Below, piece after piece: positions 42,814 through 53,570 of a stretch of 64,000 nt of DNA. Position numbers and translations under genes: made by a program. Origin of the DNA: an uncultured Actinomycetota bacterium. Its GTDB lineage: Bacteria > Actinomycetota > Actinomycetes > Mycobacteriales > SCTD01. Where the stretch lies: contig CAWASC010000008.1 of the NCBI GenBank assembly GCA_963784705.1, forward strand, positions 538,141 to 602,140, read 5' to 3'. Numbering within the stretch: position 1 is the first letter of the stretch; every line of letters starts with the position of its first letter. The notes below the pieces were generated by a model. It saw only the letters and a program-made list of their open reading frames with translations. It did not search any database and was not told the DNA's origin.

Positions 42814-44260
42814 GCACCGCGCGCGTGCCCCCTGACGCGCGTTGTTCGAGCGCCAGGGTCCCCCCGAGCTCACCCGACACGAGGGTGCGCACGATCTGCA
42901 GCCCGAGCCGGGTACTCGCCGCGAGGTCGAAGTCCACCGGCAGCCCCGCGCCGTCGTCGAGCACCTCGACGACCAACCGCTCGTCCTCGCGGGTGACCTC
43001 GACAGCGATGCTGCCGGGCTGACCGTCCGGGTAGGCGTGCTCGACCGCGTTCTGGACGAGCTCGGTCAGCACCATCGACAGCGCTGTCGCCACCTCCGCC
43101 GACAGCGTCCCGAAGCTGCCCGTCCGGGTCACCGCCACCGGCGCGCCCAGAGTGGCGATGTCCGCGCACATCGCCAGCACCTTGTCCGCCACGTCGTCGA
43201 AGTCCACGCTCTCGTCCAGGGCGCGAGCGAGGGTCTCGTGCACGATCGCGATCGACGCGACGCGACGCACCGACTCCTGCAGCGCCGCCTTGCCGGCCGG
43301 GTCCGCCGTACGCCGGGCCTGCATCCGCAGCAGCGCCGCGACGGTCTGCAGGTTGTTCTTCACCCGGTGGTGGATCTCGCGGATCGTCGCGTCCTTGCCC
43401 ATGATCTGCCGGTCCCGACGGCGCACCTCGGTGACGTCGCGCACCAGCACCAGGGCGCCCCGGGGCTCCCCTCCCGGTACCAGCGGAAGCGCGCGCAGGT
43501 CGACGACCGCGCCCCGCGCCTCCACCTCGCTCTCACGCGGCTCGCGGAAGCGCAGCGCCGCAGCGAGGGCCGCCGACCCCCGGGGCTCGTCGAGGCGACC
43601 GGGGCCGGCCGAGAGCCGGGCGATGGTGTGCCCGAGGTGCGCGCCCAGCAGGTCGCCGGTCACCCCCAGCCGGCGGTACGCCGAGAGCGCGTTCGGGGAG
43701 GCGTAGACCACGTGGCCGGTGCGGTCCAGGCGCAGCAGCCCGTCGCCGACCCGAGGCGCGTGCTCGGGGTCCGGGTCGGAGCCAGGGAACGGGAAGGTCC
43801 CCTCGCTGACCATCTGCACCAGCTCACCGGCGCTGGAGACGTACGCGAGCTCGAGCTGACTGGGCACGCGCTTGGCCGTCACATCGGTGTCCCGTGACAG
43901 CACCGCGATCACCCGGTCGCCGCGTCGTACCGGGATCGTCTCGGTCCGGATCGACAGGCCCCCGTGCCGTTCCGCGTCGCCGGCCGCGACGATGACCTCG
44001 GTGTCCCACGCGCGCGCCAGGCGCGGCATCTCCCTGCGCTCGACCCCCACGACGTCCTCGGGATGGCTGGTCGGTCCGGTGGTGGGCCGCATGTGCGAGC
44101 AGGCCAGCCACGGCCCGTCGGTCGTCCGCAGCCACAGCACCAGGTCGGAGAACGACAGGTCGGCCAGCAGCTGCCACTCCGCCACGAGCCGCTGCAGGTG
44201 CGCGAGGTCGAGCGAGGTCAGGGCGGTCCGCGCGCGAACGCTCTCGGCGAGGGTGGCCAC
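42758..44260 (-). CDS. pdtaS: GAF-PAS sensor histidine kinase PdtaS
   Basis: GTG 44260 (VATLAESVRARTALTSLDLAHLQRLVAEWQLLADLSF). HisKA_2-type H-box IREIHHRVKNNLQ. ATPase domain. 500 aa. Confidence 0.88.
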   Translation of the reverse strand: MATLAESVRARTALTSLDLAHLQRLVAEWQLLADLSFSDLVLWLRTTDGPWLACSHMRPTTGPTSHPEDVVGVERREMPRLARAWDTEVIVAAGDAERHGGLSIRTETIPVRRGDRVIAVLSRDTDVTAKRVPSQLELAYVSSAGELVQMVSEGTFPFPGSDPDPEHAPRVGDGLLRLDRTGHVVYASPNALSAYRRLGVTGDLLGAHLGHTIARLSAGPGRLDEPRGSAALAAALRFREPRESEVEARGAVVDLRALPLVPGGEPRGALVLVRDVTEVRRRDRQIMGKDATIREIHHRVKNNLQTVAALLRMQARRTADPAGKAALQESVRRVASIAIVHETLARALDESVDFDDVADKVLAMCADIATLGAPVAVTRTGSFGTLSAEVATALSMVLTELVQNAVEHAYPDGQPGSIAVEVTREDERLVVEVLDDGAGLPVDFDLAASTRLGLQIVRTLVSGELGGTLALEQRASGGTRAVLTLPLEPPAASAGSSEQP

Positions 44261-44275
44261 GGGCTGGAGCCTAAG

Positions 44276-45391
44276 GTGACCGGCGTGGGAGATCCCTGGC
44301 AGTGGCTCGAGGCGGCACGCGCCGACGTCCGCGCCCGCGGCCTGGAACGACGCCTCGACCCGGACCGGTCCCTGCTCGACCTGGCCTCCAACGACTACCT
44401 CGGCCTGTCGCAGCACCCCGACGTCATCGAGGCGGCCTGTACGGCGACGCGCGCCCTCGGCGCGGGGTCGACGGGCTCCCGGCTGGTCACCGGCACCACG
44501 GACGTGCACCTGGACCTCGAGGCGGCGCTCGCGGAGCGCACCGGGGCTCCGGCGGCGCTGGTGTTCTCCTCCGGCTACCTCGCGAACCTCGGCGCCGTCG
44601 CCGCCCTCAGCGGACCGGGGACGCTGGTCGTCTCCGACGCCGACAACCACGCCTCCCTCGTCGACGCGTGCCGCCTCTCGCGCGCCGAGGTCCGGGTGGT
44701 GCCGCACGCCGACCCTGCTGCGGTGGCGGACGCCCTGGCCGGGTACGCCGGGAGGGCGGTCGTCGTGACCGACGCGGTGTTCTCCGTCGACGGTGCGGTG
44801 GCGCCCCTGCTCGCCCTGCACGAGATGGCGCGGGCGCACGGCGCCCTCCTGCTGGTGGACGAGGCACATGCCCTCGGCGTCCTGGGTCCGGACGGCGCCG
44901 GTGCCTGCGCCGCGGTCGGGCTGGACCGGGAGCCGGACGTCGTGCGCACGGTGACGTTGTCGAAGGCCCTCGGCGCGCAGGGCGGTGCGGTGCTGGGACC
45001 GGCGGTGCTGCGCGACCACCTCGTTGACACCGCCCGCGCCTTCATCTTCGACACCGGCCTCGCACCGGGCAGCGCCGGCGCCGCACGGCGCGCCCTCGAC
45101 CTCGTCACGGCCGAGCGGTTGTCCGCCCTGGCAGCTGTCAACGCGCTGCTCGCCGACCGGCTGGGCGTGCCCCGTACCCCGGGTGCTGTCGTCCGCGTCC
45201 CGGTCGGCGACCCCCGGGCCGCGGTGGCCGCGCAGCAGGCGTGCCGTGCGGAGGGGGTGCGCGTCGGCTGCTTCCGGCCACCGTCGGTCCCCGAGGCCGG
45301 CTCCTGCCTGCGCCTCACGGCACGCGCCGACCTGTCCCTGGCACAGGTGGAGCAGGCAGCCGAGGTCGTCGTGCGGGCGGTGCACGGGTGA
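44276..45391 (+). CDS. bioF: 8-amino-7-oxononanoate synthase
   Basis: ASNDYLGL and the TLSKALG PLP-lysine motif. GTG 44276 (an alternative exists at 44285). Confidence 0.88.
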   Translation: MTGVGDPWQWLEAARADVRARGLERRLDPDRSLLDLASNDYLGLSQHPDVIEAACTATRALGAGSTGSRLVTGTTDVHLDLEAALAERTGAPAALVFSSGYLANLGAVAALSGPGTLVVSDADNHASLVDACRLSRAEVRVVPHADPAAVADALAGYAGRAVVVTDAVFSVDGAVAPLLALHEMARAHGALLLVDEAHALGVLGPDGAGACAAVGLDREPDVVRTVTLSKALGAQGGAVLGPAVLRDHLVDTARAFIFDTGLAPGSAGAARRALDLVTAERLSALAAVNALLADRLGVPRTPGAVVRVPVGDPRAAVAAQQACRAEGVRVGCFRPPSVPEAGSCLRLTARADLSLAQVEQAAEVVVRAVHG

Positions 45392-46098
45392 GCGCGCTGT
45401 TCGTCACCGGCACCGGCACCGGCGTCGGCAAGACGGTGGTGACCGCCGCGCTGGCGGCGCTCGCCCGCGAGCGCGGCAGCTGCACCGTGGTCAAGCCCGC
45501 ACAGACCGGCGTGACCGACGAGCCGGGCGACGTCGACGACGTGCTGCGCCTGGCGGGCGCGGTGGGCACCCGGGAGCTCGTCCGCTACCCCGACCCCCTG
45601 TCACCCGCTGCCGCGGCGCGCGCGTCGGGTCGCGCACCGCTGGACCCTGCAGCCTTCTACGACGTCGTGCTCCGCCTCACCGACGACCTCGTGCTGGTCG
45701 AGGGTGCGGGTGGGTTGCTCGTCCGCTTCGACGAAGACGGCACCACGCTGGCCGACCTCGCCCGAGGCCTGCGCGCTCCCGTGCTCGTCGTCGTCGAGCC
45801 CGGGCTGGGCACGCTCAACCACACCGCGCTGACCCTGGAGGCGTTGGCGCACCGTGGGCTCGAGCTCTCCGGACTGGTGATCGGGGCCTGGCCGGCGGAG
45901 CCCGGCCTCGCGGAGCGATCCAACCTGCGCGACCTGGAGACCCTCGCCGCCCGACCCCTTCTCGGAGCACTGCCCGCCGGCGCGGGCAGCCTCGACCCTG
46001 CCGACTTCCTCGCCACGGCCAGGGCCGGGCTCGGGCCGCAGCTCGGCGGCACCTGGGACGCGCGTGCGTTCCGCCGCAGGTGGGAGCCGGTCGGCTGA
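45388..46098 (+). CDS. bioD: dethiobiotin synthase
   Basis: GTGA overlap with bioF. P-loop GTGTGVGKT and the EGAGG motif. Confidence 0.9.
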   Translation: MSALFVTGTGTGVGKTVVTAALAALARERGSCTVVKPAQTGVTDEPGDVDDVLRLAGAVGTRELVRYPDPLSPAAAARASGRAPLDPAAFYDVVLRLTDDLVLVEGAGGLLVRFDEDGTTLADLARGLRAPVLVVVEPGLGTLNHTALTLEALAHRGLELSGLVIGAWPAEPGLAERSNLRDLETLAARPLLGALPAGAGSLDPADFLATARAGLGPQLGGTWDARAFRRRWEPVG

Positions 46099-46112
46099 GG
46101 GGACATGGCAGG

Positions 46113-47126
46113 ATGCCCCGCGTGACCGAGCTGCTGACCGATGTCCTGGAGACCGCGCGGGAGCAGGTGCTCGAGCAGGGCGTCGGCCTGACCGAGGAGC
46201 AGGCGCTCGCCTGCCTGCAGCTGTCCGACGACCGACTGCCCGAGCTGCTCCAGCTCGCGCACGAGGTGCGGATGGCGCACTGCGGCCCCGAGGTGGAGGT
46301 CGAGGGGATCATCAGCCTCAAGACCGGCGGCTGCCCCGAGGACTGCCACTTCTGCAGCCAGTCAGGGCTGTTCCCCTCCCCCGTGCGCGCCGCCTGGCTC
46401 GACATCCCGTCGCTGGTCAAGGCGGCCGTCGAGACCGCCGCGACCGGCGCGACGGAGTTCTGCATCGTCGCGGCCGTCCGCGGCCCGGACGCCAAGCTCA
46501 TGGACCAGGTGCGCGCCGGTGTCGCGGCGATCCGCGAGGCCGTCGACATCCAGGTCGCCTGCTCGCTCGGCATGCTCACCCAGGAGCAGGTCGACGACCT
46601 GACGGCGATGGGCGTGCACCGCTACAACCACAACCTCGAGACCGCGCGCTCGCACTTCCCGAACGTCGTCACCACCCACACCTGGGAGGAGCGCTTCGAG
46701 ACCCTGCGCATGGTGCGCGAGGCCGGCATGGAGGTCTGCTGCGGCGGCATCCTCGGCATGGGCGAGACCCTCGAGCAGCGGGCCGAGTTCGCCGCGCAGC
46801 TCGCCGCGCTCGAGCCGGACGAGGTCCCGCTCAACTTCCTCAACCCCCGCCCCGGCACACCCTTCGGCGACCTGCCGGTGATGGACGCCAACGACGCCCT
46901 GCGCGCCATCGCGGTCTTCCGGCTCGCGCTCCCCCGCACCATCCTGCGCTTCGCCGGCGGCCGCGAGATCACCCTGGGCGACCTCGCCCGTGACGGCATG
47001 CTCGGCGGCATCAACGCCGTCATCGTCGGCAACTACCTCACCACCCTCGGCCGCCCGGCGACCGAGGACCTGGACATGCTGCAGGACCTGAAGATGCCCC
47101 TGAAGGGCCTCGCCGCGTCGCTGTGA
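46113..47126 (+). CDS. bioB: biotin synthase (radical SAM)
   Basis: ATG 46113. [10 protein letters not shown] radical-SAM cluster motif and the YNHNLET motif. Confidence 0.93.
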   Translation: MPRVTELLTDVLETAREQVLEQGVGLTEEQALACLQLSDDRLPELLQLAHEVRMAHCGPEVEVEGIISLKTGGCPEDCHFCSQSGLFPSPVRAAWLDIPSLVKAAVETAATGATEFCIVAAVRGPDAKLMDQVRAGVAAIREAVDIQVACSLGMLTQEQVDDLTAMGVHRYNHNLETARSHFPNVVTTHTWEERFETLRMVREAGMEVCCGGILGMGETLEQRAEFAAQLAALEPDEVPLNFLNPRPGTPFGDLPVMDANDALRAIAVFRLALPRTILRFAGGREITLGDLARDGMLGGINAVIVGNYLTTLGRPATEDLDMLQDLKMPLKGLAASL

Positions 47127-47133
47127 GGTCACG

Positions 47134-48381
47134 GTGAGCCTCGTCCGTCGCGACCGCGCGCACCTGTGGCACCCCTACGCCCCCGCGACCCGGGACACCC
47201 CGCTGTACGCCGTCGTCGACGCCTGCGGCACCCAGCTCACCCTGGAGGACGGCCGGACCGTCACCGACGGCATGAGCTCGTGGTGGGCCGCGGTGCACGG
47301 CTACCGGCACCCGGTGCTCGATGCCGCCCTGCACGCGCAGGTCGACCGCTTCAGCCACGTCATGTTCGGCGGCCTCACGCACGAGCCGGCGGTCCTGCTG
47401 GGTGAGCTGCTGGTCGAGGTGACCCCGCCCGCGCTGACCCGGGTGTTCTTCGCCGACAGCGGTTCGGTCGCCGTCGAGGTGGCGCTGAAGATGGCCGTGC
47501 AGGCCAGCGGCCGCTCGCGGGTCCTGACCGTCAAGGGCGGCTACCACGGCGACACCTCCGGCGCGATGGCCGTGACCGATCCGGACGGCATGCACGGCGT
47601 GTTCGCCGACCACGTGGTGCAGCAGGTCTTCCTCCCCCGCCCACGACCGACGTACGGCGAGCAGGTGACCGACGAGGACCTCGAGCCGCTCGCCCGTGCC
47701 CTGTCACAGGGGTCGTTCGCCGCGGTGATCGTCGAGCCGGTCGTGCAGGGCGCCGGGGGGATGCGGTGGTACGACCCGACGTACCTGCAGCGGCTGGTGG
47801 CGACGTGCCGGGACGCGGGAGTGCTGGTGGTCTTCGACGAGATCGCGACCGGCTTCGGGCGGACCGGTGAGTGGTGGGGCATGGACCACGCGGCGGTCGT
47901 CCCCGACATCCTGTGCCTGGGCAAGGCGCTGACCGGCGGGACCATGACGATGGGGGCCGTCCTCGCGACCGACGAGGTCGTGCAGGCCTGCGACGACCGG
48001 GCCGGCGCGTTCATGCACGGCCCCACCTTCATGGCCAACCCGCTGGCCTGCGCGGTCTCGCGGGCCAGCGTGCAGCTGCTTCTCGACAGCGACTGGCAGA
48101 GCTCGGTGCAGCGCATCGAGGGTGAGCTGCGCGAGGGGCTGGCGCCGGCCCGTGACCTGCCCGGTGTCGCGGACGTCCGTGTCCTGGGCGCCATCGGGGT
48201 GGTCGAGCTCGAGCGGCCGTGCGACATGGCCGTGCTGCAGCCGCGACTGGTGGACGAGGGCGCGTGGGTCCGCCCCTTCGGCAAGCTCGTCTACACGATG
48301 CCGCCGTACGTCTCGTCCACGGCCGACGTGCACTCGGTGACCGGCGCGATGGTGCGAGCACTGGCGGGCGGTGCGTCGTGA
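47134..48381 (+). CDS. bioA: adenosylmethionine-8-amino-7-oxononanoate aminotransferase
   Basis: 415 aa. HLWHPY, SWWAAVHGY, and DEIATGFGRTG. PLP-lysine context LCLGKALTGG. Confidence 0.92.
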   Translation: MSLVRRDRAHLWHPYAPATRDTPLYAVVDACGTQLTLEDGRTVTDGMSSWWAAVHGYRHPVLDAALHAQVDRFSHVMFGGLTHEPAVLLGELLVEVTPPALTRVFFADSGSVAVEVALKMAVQASGRSRVLTVKGGYHGDTSGAMAVTDPDGMHGVFADHVVQQVFLPRPRPTYGEQVTDEDLEPLARALSQGSFAAVIVEPVVQGAGGMRWYDPTYLQRLVATCRDAGVLVVFDEIATGFGRTGEWWGMDHAAVVPDILCLGKALTGGTMTMGAVLATDEVVQACDDRAGAFMHGPTFMANPLACAVSRASVQLLLDSDWQSSVQRIEGELREGLAPARDLPGVADVRVLGAIGVVELERPCDMAVLQPRLVDEGAWVRPFGKLVYTMPPYVSSTADVHSVTGAMVRALAGGAS

Positions 48382-48935
48382 GGTGCTTCGGCGAGGGCGA
48401 CCCGCTCTACGAGCGCTACCACGACACCGAGTGGGGCCGACCGCAACGGACCACCCGGCAGCTGTACGAGAAGATCTGCCTCGAGGGCATGCAGGCAGGC
48501 CTGTCCTGGATCACCGTGCTGCGCAAGCGCGAGGCGTTCCGCGAGGTGTTCCACGGCTTCGACCCGGCCGTCGTCGCAGACCTTGACATCGAGCCGCTCC
48601 TGCAGGACGCCCGGCTCATCCGGGCTCGCGCCAAGCTGCAGGCCTGCGTCACCAATGCCCGAGCCGTGCTGCACCTCGACACCGACCTCGTCGACCTGAT
48701 CTGGTCCTACCGGGTCGACGGACCCGCTCCGGGCACCTGGGACGAGGTCCCTGCGTCCACCCCCGCGTCGGTCGAGCTCGCGCGGACGCTGAAGCGCAGC
48801 GGGTTCGTGTTCGTGGGCCCGACCACCGTCTACTCGCTGCTCCAGGCCTGCGGGGTCGTGAACGACCACCTGTCCTCCTGCCCCGTGCGCGGGGACGTCG
48901 AGATACAGCGGCGAAGCACGCCGGGTGAGCAGTAG
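48378..48935 (+). CDS. tag: DNA-3-methyladenine glycosylase I
   Basis: GTGA overlap with bioA. YHDTEWG, EGMQAGLSW, and VNDH..C motifs. Confidence 0.88.
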   Translation: MRCFGEGDPLYERYHDTEWGRPQRTTRQLYEKICLEGMQAGLSWITVLRKREAFREVFHGFDPAVVADLDIEPLLQDARLIRARAKLQACVTNARAVLHLDTDLVDLIWSYRVDGPAPGTWDEVPASTPASVELARTLKRSGFVFVGPTTVYSLLQACGVVNDHLSSCPVRGDVEIQRRSTPGEQ

Positions 48936-48944
48936 CGTCGCCGC

Positions 48945-51089
48945 ATGGAGTCAGACGGGGAGGGCTTCAGCACCGAGGACCTCCGCCACTTCTTCGACAT
49001 CTCACAGGCGCTGCTGTGCGTCACCGACGTGTCCGGTCGTCTGGTCCGCCTGAGCCCGTCCTGGCAGGACGTCCTCGGCTGGGACCCCGGTCCCATGGTC
49101 GGCCACCACTTCCTGGAGTTCCTTCACCCCGACGACGCCGAGCACACGCTCGCCGCGCTGCAGGCCGCGGCCGACCCGGACGTGGCGCCCGAGCCCATCG
49201 TCAACCGCTACCGGCACGCCGACGGGAGCTACCGCACCCTGTCGTGGCTGACCCGGACGGCCCGCGAGGGCGACGTCGTGTGGTGCGTGGCGCAGGACGT
49301 CACGGGCGCCGAGGTCCGGGCGCGCCAGCAGCAGCTGGTCGCCGACCTCGGACGACGCGCCCTCGACGCAGTACCGCACCAGGAGCTTCTCCAGGACATC
49401 GTCGACGGCGTCGCCACGGCCCTGTCGCTCCCCGTCGTGTCCGTGCTCGAGCTGACGCCCGACGGCGCGCACCTGCAGATCTCGCGGGCCCACGGGATGG
49501 GAGAGCACAGCGACGACCTGCTCCAGATCGACCAGACGACCCTGTCCGGCCAGGCCGTGCTGTCCAGCGTCCCGGTGCAGTCGACGGACGTGCAGGCGAG
49601 CGGGGGCAACCCGCTGCAGGTCGCCGTACAGGCCCGCGGAGCCGTGTCGGTTCCCATCCGTCTGCGCGGGGCGCTGTGGGGTGCCCTGTCCTGTGCCGAC
49701 GGCGTGCCCCGGCAGTTCACCGAGGACGAGGTGCGCTTCCTGCAGCAGGTCGCGCACATCGTCGGCGCTGCCGTCGACCGCCGGGAGACCGAGGTCACGC
49801 TCCAGCACATCGCCACCCACGACCGGCTCACCGGACTGCCGAACCGGGACCTGTTCCGGCTGTTCGTCGAGGGCGCGCTCGAGCGCAGCACGGCCACGCA
49901 CCACCCGGTGGGACTGCTGTTGTGCGACCTGGACGGCTTCAAGGACGTCAACGACTCGTTGGGGCACGAGGCCGGTGACGAGGTGCTCCGTCAGCTGTCC
50001 GCGCGACTGAGCGGTGCCGTCGGACCGGAGGACACGGTCGCGCGCCTCGGCGGGGACGAGTTCGCGATCTGCCTGGTCGGCCGGCACACCGAGGTCGACG
50101 TCCTGGGCATGGCGGACACCATCATCCGCGCGATGCGGCAGCCGTTCGCGCTCCCCGACATGCAGGTGCCCCTGTCCACCAGCATCGGCGTCGTGGTGAG
50201 CCCGACGCACGGACGTGACGCCACGACCCTGCTCCGCCACGCCGACATCGCGATGTACCGCGCCAAGGCCAACGGCGTCGGCTGGAGCCGGTACGACGTC
50301 GCGCTGGACCGGGCGACCGGCGAGCGCCTGGCACGGACCGCGGACCTGCGGGACGCCATCGCGCAGGGGCAGCTGCAGGTGAAGTACCAGCCGGTGATCG
50401 ACCTGCGGACCCGGCGGCTGCACGGGGTCGAGGCCCTGTGCCGGTGGACGCCGGAGACGGGCGAGGACGTCCCGCCGTCGGTCTTCATCCCGTTGGCGGA
50501 GCAGACCGGGCTGATCCTGCCGCTGACCGCCTGGGTGCACGACCAGGTGGTCCGCCAGGTCCGGTCGTGGCGGGAGCAGGGCCGGGAGGTCCGGTGCGCG
50601 GTGAACCTGAGCATGGCCGCGTTGGCCGATCCGGACGCCAGCGCCGCGCTCCTCGACCAGCTCATCGCGGCAGCGGACGCGGTGACCGTCGAGATCACCG
50701 AGTCGTGGCTGGTGGACGCGCGTGGGCGAGAGGTCATCACCAAGCTGGCCAGCAACGGCGTGCGCCTGTCCCTGGACGACTTCGGGACCGGCTTCTCCTC
50801 GTTGGCCGCCCTGCACCGCTTCCCCGTCCAGCAGGTGAAGCTCGACCGCGCCTTCGTGCTCGGGCTCGACGACGAGCGCGGGCACCAGGTGCTGCTCGCG
50901 ATGGCCAGCCTCGGCCGGTCGCTCGGGATGGAGGTCGTCGCCGAGGGCGTCGAGCAGGAGCACACCGCGCAGTGGCTCCGGGACGCCGGCGTGCAGCTCG
51001 GCCAGGGGTTCCTGTGGTCGCCCGCTGTCCAGCCCGCGGCGCTCGAGCCCTGGTGGCCCCCTCAGCCGCCCGCGAACGACCTCGCGTAG
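48945..51089 (+). CDS. cytoplasmic PAS-GAF-GGDEF-EAL signalling protein (diguanylate cyclase/phosphodiesterase)
   Basis: PAS (LSPSWQDVLGW...NRYRHADGSYR), a GAF segment, then RLGGDEFAI, EALCRW, and DDFGTGFSSL. Confidence 0.88.
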   Translation: MESDGEGFSTEDLRHFFDISQALLCVTDVSGRLVRLSPSWQDVLGWDPGPMVGHHFLEFLHPDDAEHTLAALQAAADPDVAPEPIVNRYRHADGSYRTLSWLTRTAREGDVVWCVAQDVTGAEVRARQQQLVADLGRRALDAVPHQELLQDIVDGVATALSLPVVSVLELTPDGAHLQISRAHGMGEHSDDLLQIDQTTLSGQAVLSSVPVQSTDVQASGGNPLQVAVQARGAVSVPIRLRGALWGALSCADGVPRQFTEDEVRFLQQVAHIVGAAVDRRETEVTLQHIATHDRLTGLPNRDLFRLFVEGALERSTATHHPVGLLLCDLDGFKDVNDSLGHEAGDEVLRQLSARLSGAVGPEDTVARLGGDEFAICLVGRHTEVDVLGMADTIIRAMRQPFALPDMQVPLSTSIGVVVSPTHGRDATTLLRHADIAMYRAKANGVGWSRYDVALDRATGERLARTADLRDAIAQGQLQVKYQPVIDLRTRRLHGVEALCRWTPETGEDVPPSVFIPLAEQTGLILPLTAWVHDQVVRQVRSWREQGREVRCAVNLSMAALADPDASAALLDQLIAAADAVTVEITESWLVDARGREVITKLASNGVRLSLDDFGTGFSSLAALHRFPVQQVKLDRAFVLGLDDERGHQVLLAMASLGRSLGMEVVAEGVEQEHTAQWLRDAGVQLGQGFLWSPAVQPAALEPWWPPQPPANDLA

Positions 51090-52021
51090 GCCGACGGTGA
51101 CGTGCCCCTCTCGCGGGCGAACGCCGTCCGGAGGGTGACGGCCGAGCCGAACCCCGCGCGCCGGGCGACCTCCTCCACACCGAGGCCCTGCTCGAGCAGG
51201 CGCTGCGCGTACCCCACACGGTGCGTCAGCACCCAGGCGTGCGGGGTGGTGCCGGTGGCGTCGCGGAAGCGCCGGGCGAAGGTGCGCGGGGACATGTGCG
51301 CCCGACGCGCCAGCTCGTCGACCGACAGGTCCTCCGCCACGTGCTCGGTCATCCAGTCGAGCAGTGCCGACAGCGTCTCGGTGCCCGCACGTCGCGCCAC
51401 GGGCACCGGCGCCTCGACGTACTGGGACTGACCGCCCTCGCGGAAGGGCGGCACCACCATGCGCCGCGCAACGGCGTTGGCGACCCCGACGCCGTGCGCC
51501 TGCCGGACCACGTGCAGACACGCGTCGATGCCGGCGGCCGTGCCCGCGGACGTGATGACGGCGCCGGCGTCGACGTAGAGCAGATCGGGCTCGACCTGCA
51601 CCTTCGGGTAGCGCTCGGCGAGCTCCGCGGCGTGCCGCCAGTGGGTCGTGGCTCGTCGGCCGTCGAGGACGCCGGCGGCGGCAAGGACGAAGGCGCCGCT
51701 GCACACCGACAGCACCCGCGCACCTCGGTCCACGGCGGCGCGTACGGCGTCGAGCAGGGCCTCCGGTGGGCGCTCGTCCACCGAGCGCCAGGCAGGGATG
51801 CACACCAGGTCGGCGCTGGCGACGCGGTCGAGCCGGTGGTCGGTGTCGAGCCGGAAGCCCTGACCCGACGTGAGCGGGACCGGCTCGGCGGCCACGACGG
51901 CGAAGTCGTACGCCGGCAGTCCCTGGTCGCTGCGGTCCAGGCCGAAGACCTCGCACACCACACCGAGCTCGAAGGCGGGGAACCCGTCGCAGATGACGGC
52001 GACGACGTCAGTCAGCGGCAT
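51062..52021 (-). CDS. GlxA-family transcriptional regulator (DJ-1/PfpI domain + AraC HTH)
   Basis: ATG 52021 (MPLTDVVAVICDGF...). SVCSGAF nucleophile-elbow-like motif. C-terminal AraC HTH (MSPRTFARRFRDATGTTP). Confidence 0.88.
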   Translation of the reverse strand: MPLTDVVAVICDGFPAFELGVVCEVFGLDRSDQGLPAYDFAVVAAEPVPLTSGQGFRLDTDHRLDRVASADLVCIPAWRSVDERPPEALLDAVRAAVDRGARVLSVCSGAFVLAAAGVLDGRRATTHWRHAAELAERYPKVQVEPDLLYVDAGAVITSAGTAAGIDACLHVVRQAHGVGVANAVARRMVVPPFREGGQSQYVEAPVPVARRAGTETLSALLDWMTEHVAEDLSVDELARRAHMSPRTFARRFRDATGTTPHAWVLTHRVGYAQRLLEQGLGVEEVARRAGFGSAVTLRTAFARERGTSPSAYARSFAGG

Positions 52022-52102
52022 CCGCCCATGATGGCAGGTTTCGAGCGGCACTGCACGTTTCTGCCACTGGTCGGGACGCGGAGCCGGAGGGACCGTGTGG
52101 TC

Positions 52103-52207
52103 ATGACGATCTTCGCGCTCCCTCTCCTGTTCCTCGTCCTGGCACTGGTCGCGCCGCGGTTCGGCGCGGACACCCGCGACGGCAGGGACTGGCACCCCTG
52201 CTGCTAG
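52103..52207 (+). CDS. possible 34-aa hydrophobic peptide ([34 protein letters not shown])
   Basis: ATG 52103 lies about 10 nt after GGAGGG. A single TM helix is followed by [10 protein letters not shown], a pattern I recall from small actinobacterial ORFs. Stop lies 10 nt before the GNAT gene. Confidence 0.4.
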   Translation: MTIFALPLLFLVLALVAPRFGADTRDGRDWHPCC

Positions 52208-52217
52208 ACACTGCGGC

Positions 52218-52856
52218 GTGCTGGAGACCCGCCCCGTCCGACCCGACGAGCACCACGCCGTCGCCGACCTCGTCGCTGTCACCTACCTCGACGAGGGCTG
52301 GGCGGACACGTCGTACGAACCGGTCATGCGCGACGTCGCGGACCGGGCGGCCCACGCGACCGTGCTCGTCGCCCTCCTGGACGACCGCCTGGTCGGCACC
52401 GTGACCGTCGCCCTCGGCGGTCCCTACGCCGAGCACGCCGGGCCGGGTGAGGCCGTGATCCGCATGCTCTGCACCTATCCCGATGCACGAGGGCACGGCG
52501 CCGGGCGCGCACTGGTCGCGGCCGGCCTCGCCCTCGCGCGAGAGGCCGACTGCACCGCCGTACGCCTGTCGACGCAGGCACCGATGGACGCCGCGCGCGC
52601 CGTCTACGAGGGCTTCGGGTTCGTGCGCGACGCCACCCACGACTGGGAGCCGGTGCCCGGCCTGCAGCTGCTCGGCTACGTCCTCCCCCTGACCGAGGCG
52701 CCCTGGTGCGGACACTGCGGCGTGGCCGGCGTGCAGCACGACTCCCCCCTGGACCCACCGCGCTACTGCACCCGCTGCCGTCGCCGGATGGTCGTGCAGG
52801 TGCACCCGACGGGCTGGTCCGCGCGCTGCGTCGAGCACGGCACGGTCACCGGGTGA
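52218..52856 (+). CDS. GNAT family N-acetyltransferase with C-terminal Cys-rich (zinc-ribbon-like) extension
   Basis: [10 protein letters not shown] acetyl-CoA motif. The C-terminus carries CGHCG...CTRCRRRM...C.EH. Confidence 0.8.
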   Translation: MLETRPVRPDEHHAVADLVAVTYLDEGWADTSYEPVMRDVADRAAHATVLVALLDDRLVGTVTVALGGPYAEHAGPGEAVIRMLCTYPDARGHGAGRALVAAGLALAREADCTAVRLSTQAPMDAARAVYEGFGFVRDATHDWEPVPGLQLLGYVLPLTEAPWCGHCGVAGVQHDSPLDPPRYCTRCRRRMVVQVHPTGWSARCVEHGTVTG

Positions 52857-53551
52857 TCGTCGCCCTCACCGTCGGGCTGGGGGCGCTCGCTCAGTCGGTG
52901 AGCGGCATCGGCTTCGGCCTGGTCTGCGGTCCGGCGCTGGTCGCCGCACTGGGGCCGGCAGAGGGCGTGCGGCTCACCGTCCTGCTGTCGTTGGTGGTCA
53001 ACGTGGCCGTGCTCGCGCGCCACCACGCCGAGGCCGACCGGCGCGCAGCCCTGCTGCTGCTCGTGCCGGCAGTGGTCGCCACTCCCGTCCTCGTGCTGCT
53101 GCTCCATGACCTGCCGGAGCGCGCCGGCCGCGCCCTGGCCGGCGCCGCTGCGGTCCTGGGCGCCACAGCGCTCGCGGTCGGGCTCCGGGCGCACCGCGCG
53201 CGAGGTACAGCGGGGGCAGTGGTCGCAGGCGTCGTGAGCGCCGCGATGAACACCGTCGCCGGGATCGGTGGGCCGGCCGTCGCGCTCTGGGCGGACAACG
53301 CCGGGTGGGCGGTGGAGCGCACCCGCAGCACGCTGCAGGTCTACTTCCTGGGGCTGAACCTGGTCGCGCTGGTGACCCTCGGGCTCCCCCACCTGCCCGC
53401 CGGGCGGGTCACCGGGGTCACCGCAGGTCTCGTCGTCGGACTGGCCCTCGGAGCGCTGGTGGCCGGCCGGGTCTCGACCGCCGCTGCCCGTCGTACGACG
53501 CTGGTCCTGGCGGGGACCGGTGGACTGGTGGTGCTGGCCAGCGCGCTGTAG
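52853..53551 (+). CDS. TauE/SafE family sulfite/anion exporter membrane protein
   Basis: GTGA overlap with the upstream gene. 232 aa, about 7 TM helices, N-terminal SVSGIGFG motif. Confidence 0.75.
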   Translation: MIVALTVGLGALAQSVSGIGFGLVCGPALVAALGPAEGVRLTVLLSLVVNVAVLARHHAEADRRAALLLLVPAVVATPVLVLLLHDLPERAGRALAGAAAVLGATALAVGLRAHRARGTAGAVVAGVVSAAMNTVAGIGGPAVALWADNAGWAVERTRSTLQVYFLGLNLVALVTLGLPHLPAGRVTGVTAGLVVGLALGALVAGRVSTAAARRTTLVLAGTGGLVVLASAL

Positions 53552-53570
53552 CCCGCTGGTCGGGAGGGAG

